From Felis catus (taxonomy: Eukaryota), in the NCBI RefSeq assembly GCF_018350175.1, contig NC_058368.1, positions 79,176,001-79,240,000 on the forward strand: a DNA stretch of 64,000 bases, written 5' to 3'. Positions 62,521 to 64,000 of this stretch are shown here, one piece after another (position 1 is the first letter of the stretch; each line of letters opens with the position of its first letter). The position numbers were made by a program, and so were the translations under genes. A model generated the notes under the pieces. It had not been told where the DNA came from and searched no databases. It worked only from the letters and a program-made list of their open reading frames with translations.

Positions 62521-64000
62521 TCTTTCTCCCAAGCTTCCATGGCTGATACCCTTGCTTTTATAGGTCAAACAAGCTTACACCTTGGACAGCTCCTGAACAA
62601 CTGACAGCACCATTTTGTCCCTTAAAGAATATGTTACATGCTTCAATAGACTGCTAAGCAGAAAATGTTTATGTTCTTGCCTGAATGTCTTAAATTGGCC
62701 TGACACAGCCACACTGCAGATTTCTACAAACCACGGCTGGACAGGGAAACAACGTGCTTGTCACAGAACCACCAATGACTTTTAATCATGATTATAGGCA
62801 GGCAATAGGTCAAAGCAGCCACTTTCCTTCCCTCGTCTAAAGGGTTCTCTTAGAATTCATTATGGAAAATCATGACCCTCGCCCTGTCAACATTGCCTGG
62901 GAACAGCGGGATGGATCTTCATGTAAGGGGGCAGAGCAACTGTTTTCTTGCACTGGGATCAGCCTGAGACGGTATAATCTAATTACTCTGCGTTTCACTT
63001 ATGTGTGTAGACTTTGCTCCCTGGACAGGAAAGGCTGTTTCTTCCTCTCCGCAGGGGCCACAAGGTGCAATCCTACTGTCTGCGCACAGCGGTACCCGCA
63101 CTCCACTGCTGTGCTGTGACAGGGCCACCGGAGGCCACGCTGTTAGGTAAGTGTTTCTGCCACGTTACCCAGACAGCCTGCCCTTCACACGCATCCCAGC
63201 CATTGTGCCCCTGAGCTAGCACAGCTATCGCATGTTAATGCCTACCTAATTATATATTTTGGCTTCCGTCTTCGCAATAGGCTGTACTTAAGCAAAATTT
63301 AGTACCATCTTATGTGTTCCTACAGCTGGATAATTACAAGGCCTTTCAGTGTTCAGAGCGGGAAATTAATGATACAAAGATCAGCAGCTATTTAAAGACA
63401 GTTACGCTCTGCACTTCAGGGACCCACTCCTAGACAGCATGTGGAACCCTGTGAAGACAGTCCCGAGGTGGGAGGCAAGGAGGTGTGGTTTTCATTCAAC
63501 TTCAGAGTCAAAGGAATTTGTATGCTTTGGGTCAATGTATTGTCAAAGGGAATCTGTACAAAAACACGTCCTTCTTGTAACACTTCCACCAAAGACATGC
63601 CTCTTAGATGGGGTTGGCTGGGGAAGATACTGGCAAAGCCCAAAGCTAGAAAAACAGCACTCCGGTGCCTCAAAGTCCCCTGATTAGCAGAACAGAAATC
63701 TAAAGCACTAAGGGCTGGAAGAAAGCTTAGAAACCATCCGGTCAAGGGGTATTGAAAAGTGTACTTTTGAACTACAAATACATCTAAGCAGAGGTGAACC
63801 TGTAAACCGGATAAAGCTGGGGCTGCCCTGGGTCCCTGGACGCTCCCACTGAGGTAGGAACACTTCTGAGCAGGGCTCAGGTCTTTCCCAGGGGAGAGAA
63901 CTGGAAATGCTGATGTAATTATTGTATCTCCAATATAACTTTGTACCAAAGTCTAATGTAGTAGCAGAAGACTGTTAGCTAATGCCCATGACAGAACAAA

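Overview
Mammalian genomic DNA, and specifically felid (cat family), judged from about 15 tRNA-derived Can-SINEs with felid-type heads and a young carnivore L1. I find no credible host protein-coding exon, RNA gene or CpG-island promoter. The window reads as a gene desert or very large intron made of layered transposon fossils: old L1M, L2, MIR, hAT/Tc2 MER elements and MLT2/ERV-L, plus younger ERV1 solo LTRs, SINEs and L1. Between these lie several repeat-free, motif-dense blocks that look like conserved enhancers. The only real protein-coding remnants are retroelement-derived: L1 ORF2 in a twin-primed, 5'-inverted insertion at 53.9-55.8 kb, and decayed ERV-L pol/dUTPase at 38.6-39.6 kb. The most notable structures are (1) a young solo ERV LTR with four 46-bp YY1-motif repeats inserted into a GGAA microsatellite, (2) the twin-primed L1, (3) an unexplained ~170-230 bp direct duplicate 8.9 kb apart, one copy of which interrupts an ERV-L provirus, and (4) CpG-rich patches that look GC-shifted rather than promoter-like. 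I see no evidence of a new multi-gene system. Repeat family names come from recalled consensus sequences and need Dfam/RepeatMasker confirmation. Boundaries of old repeats are approximate.
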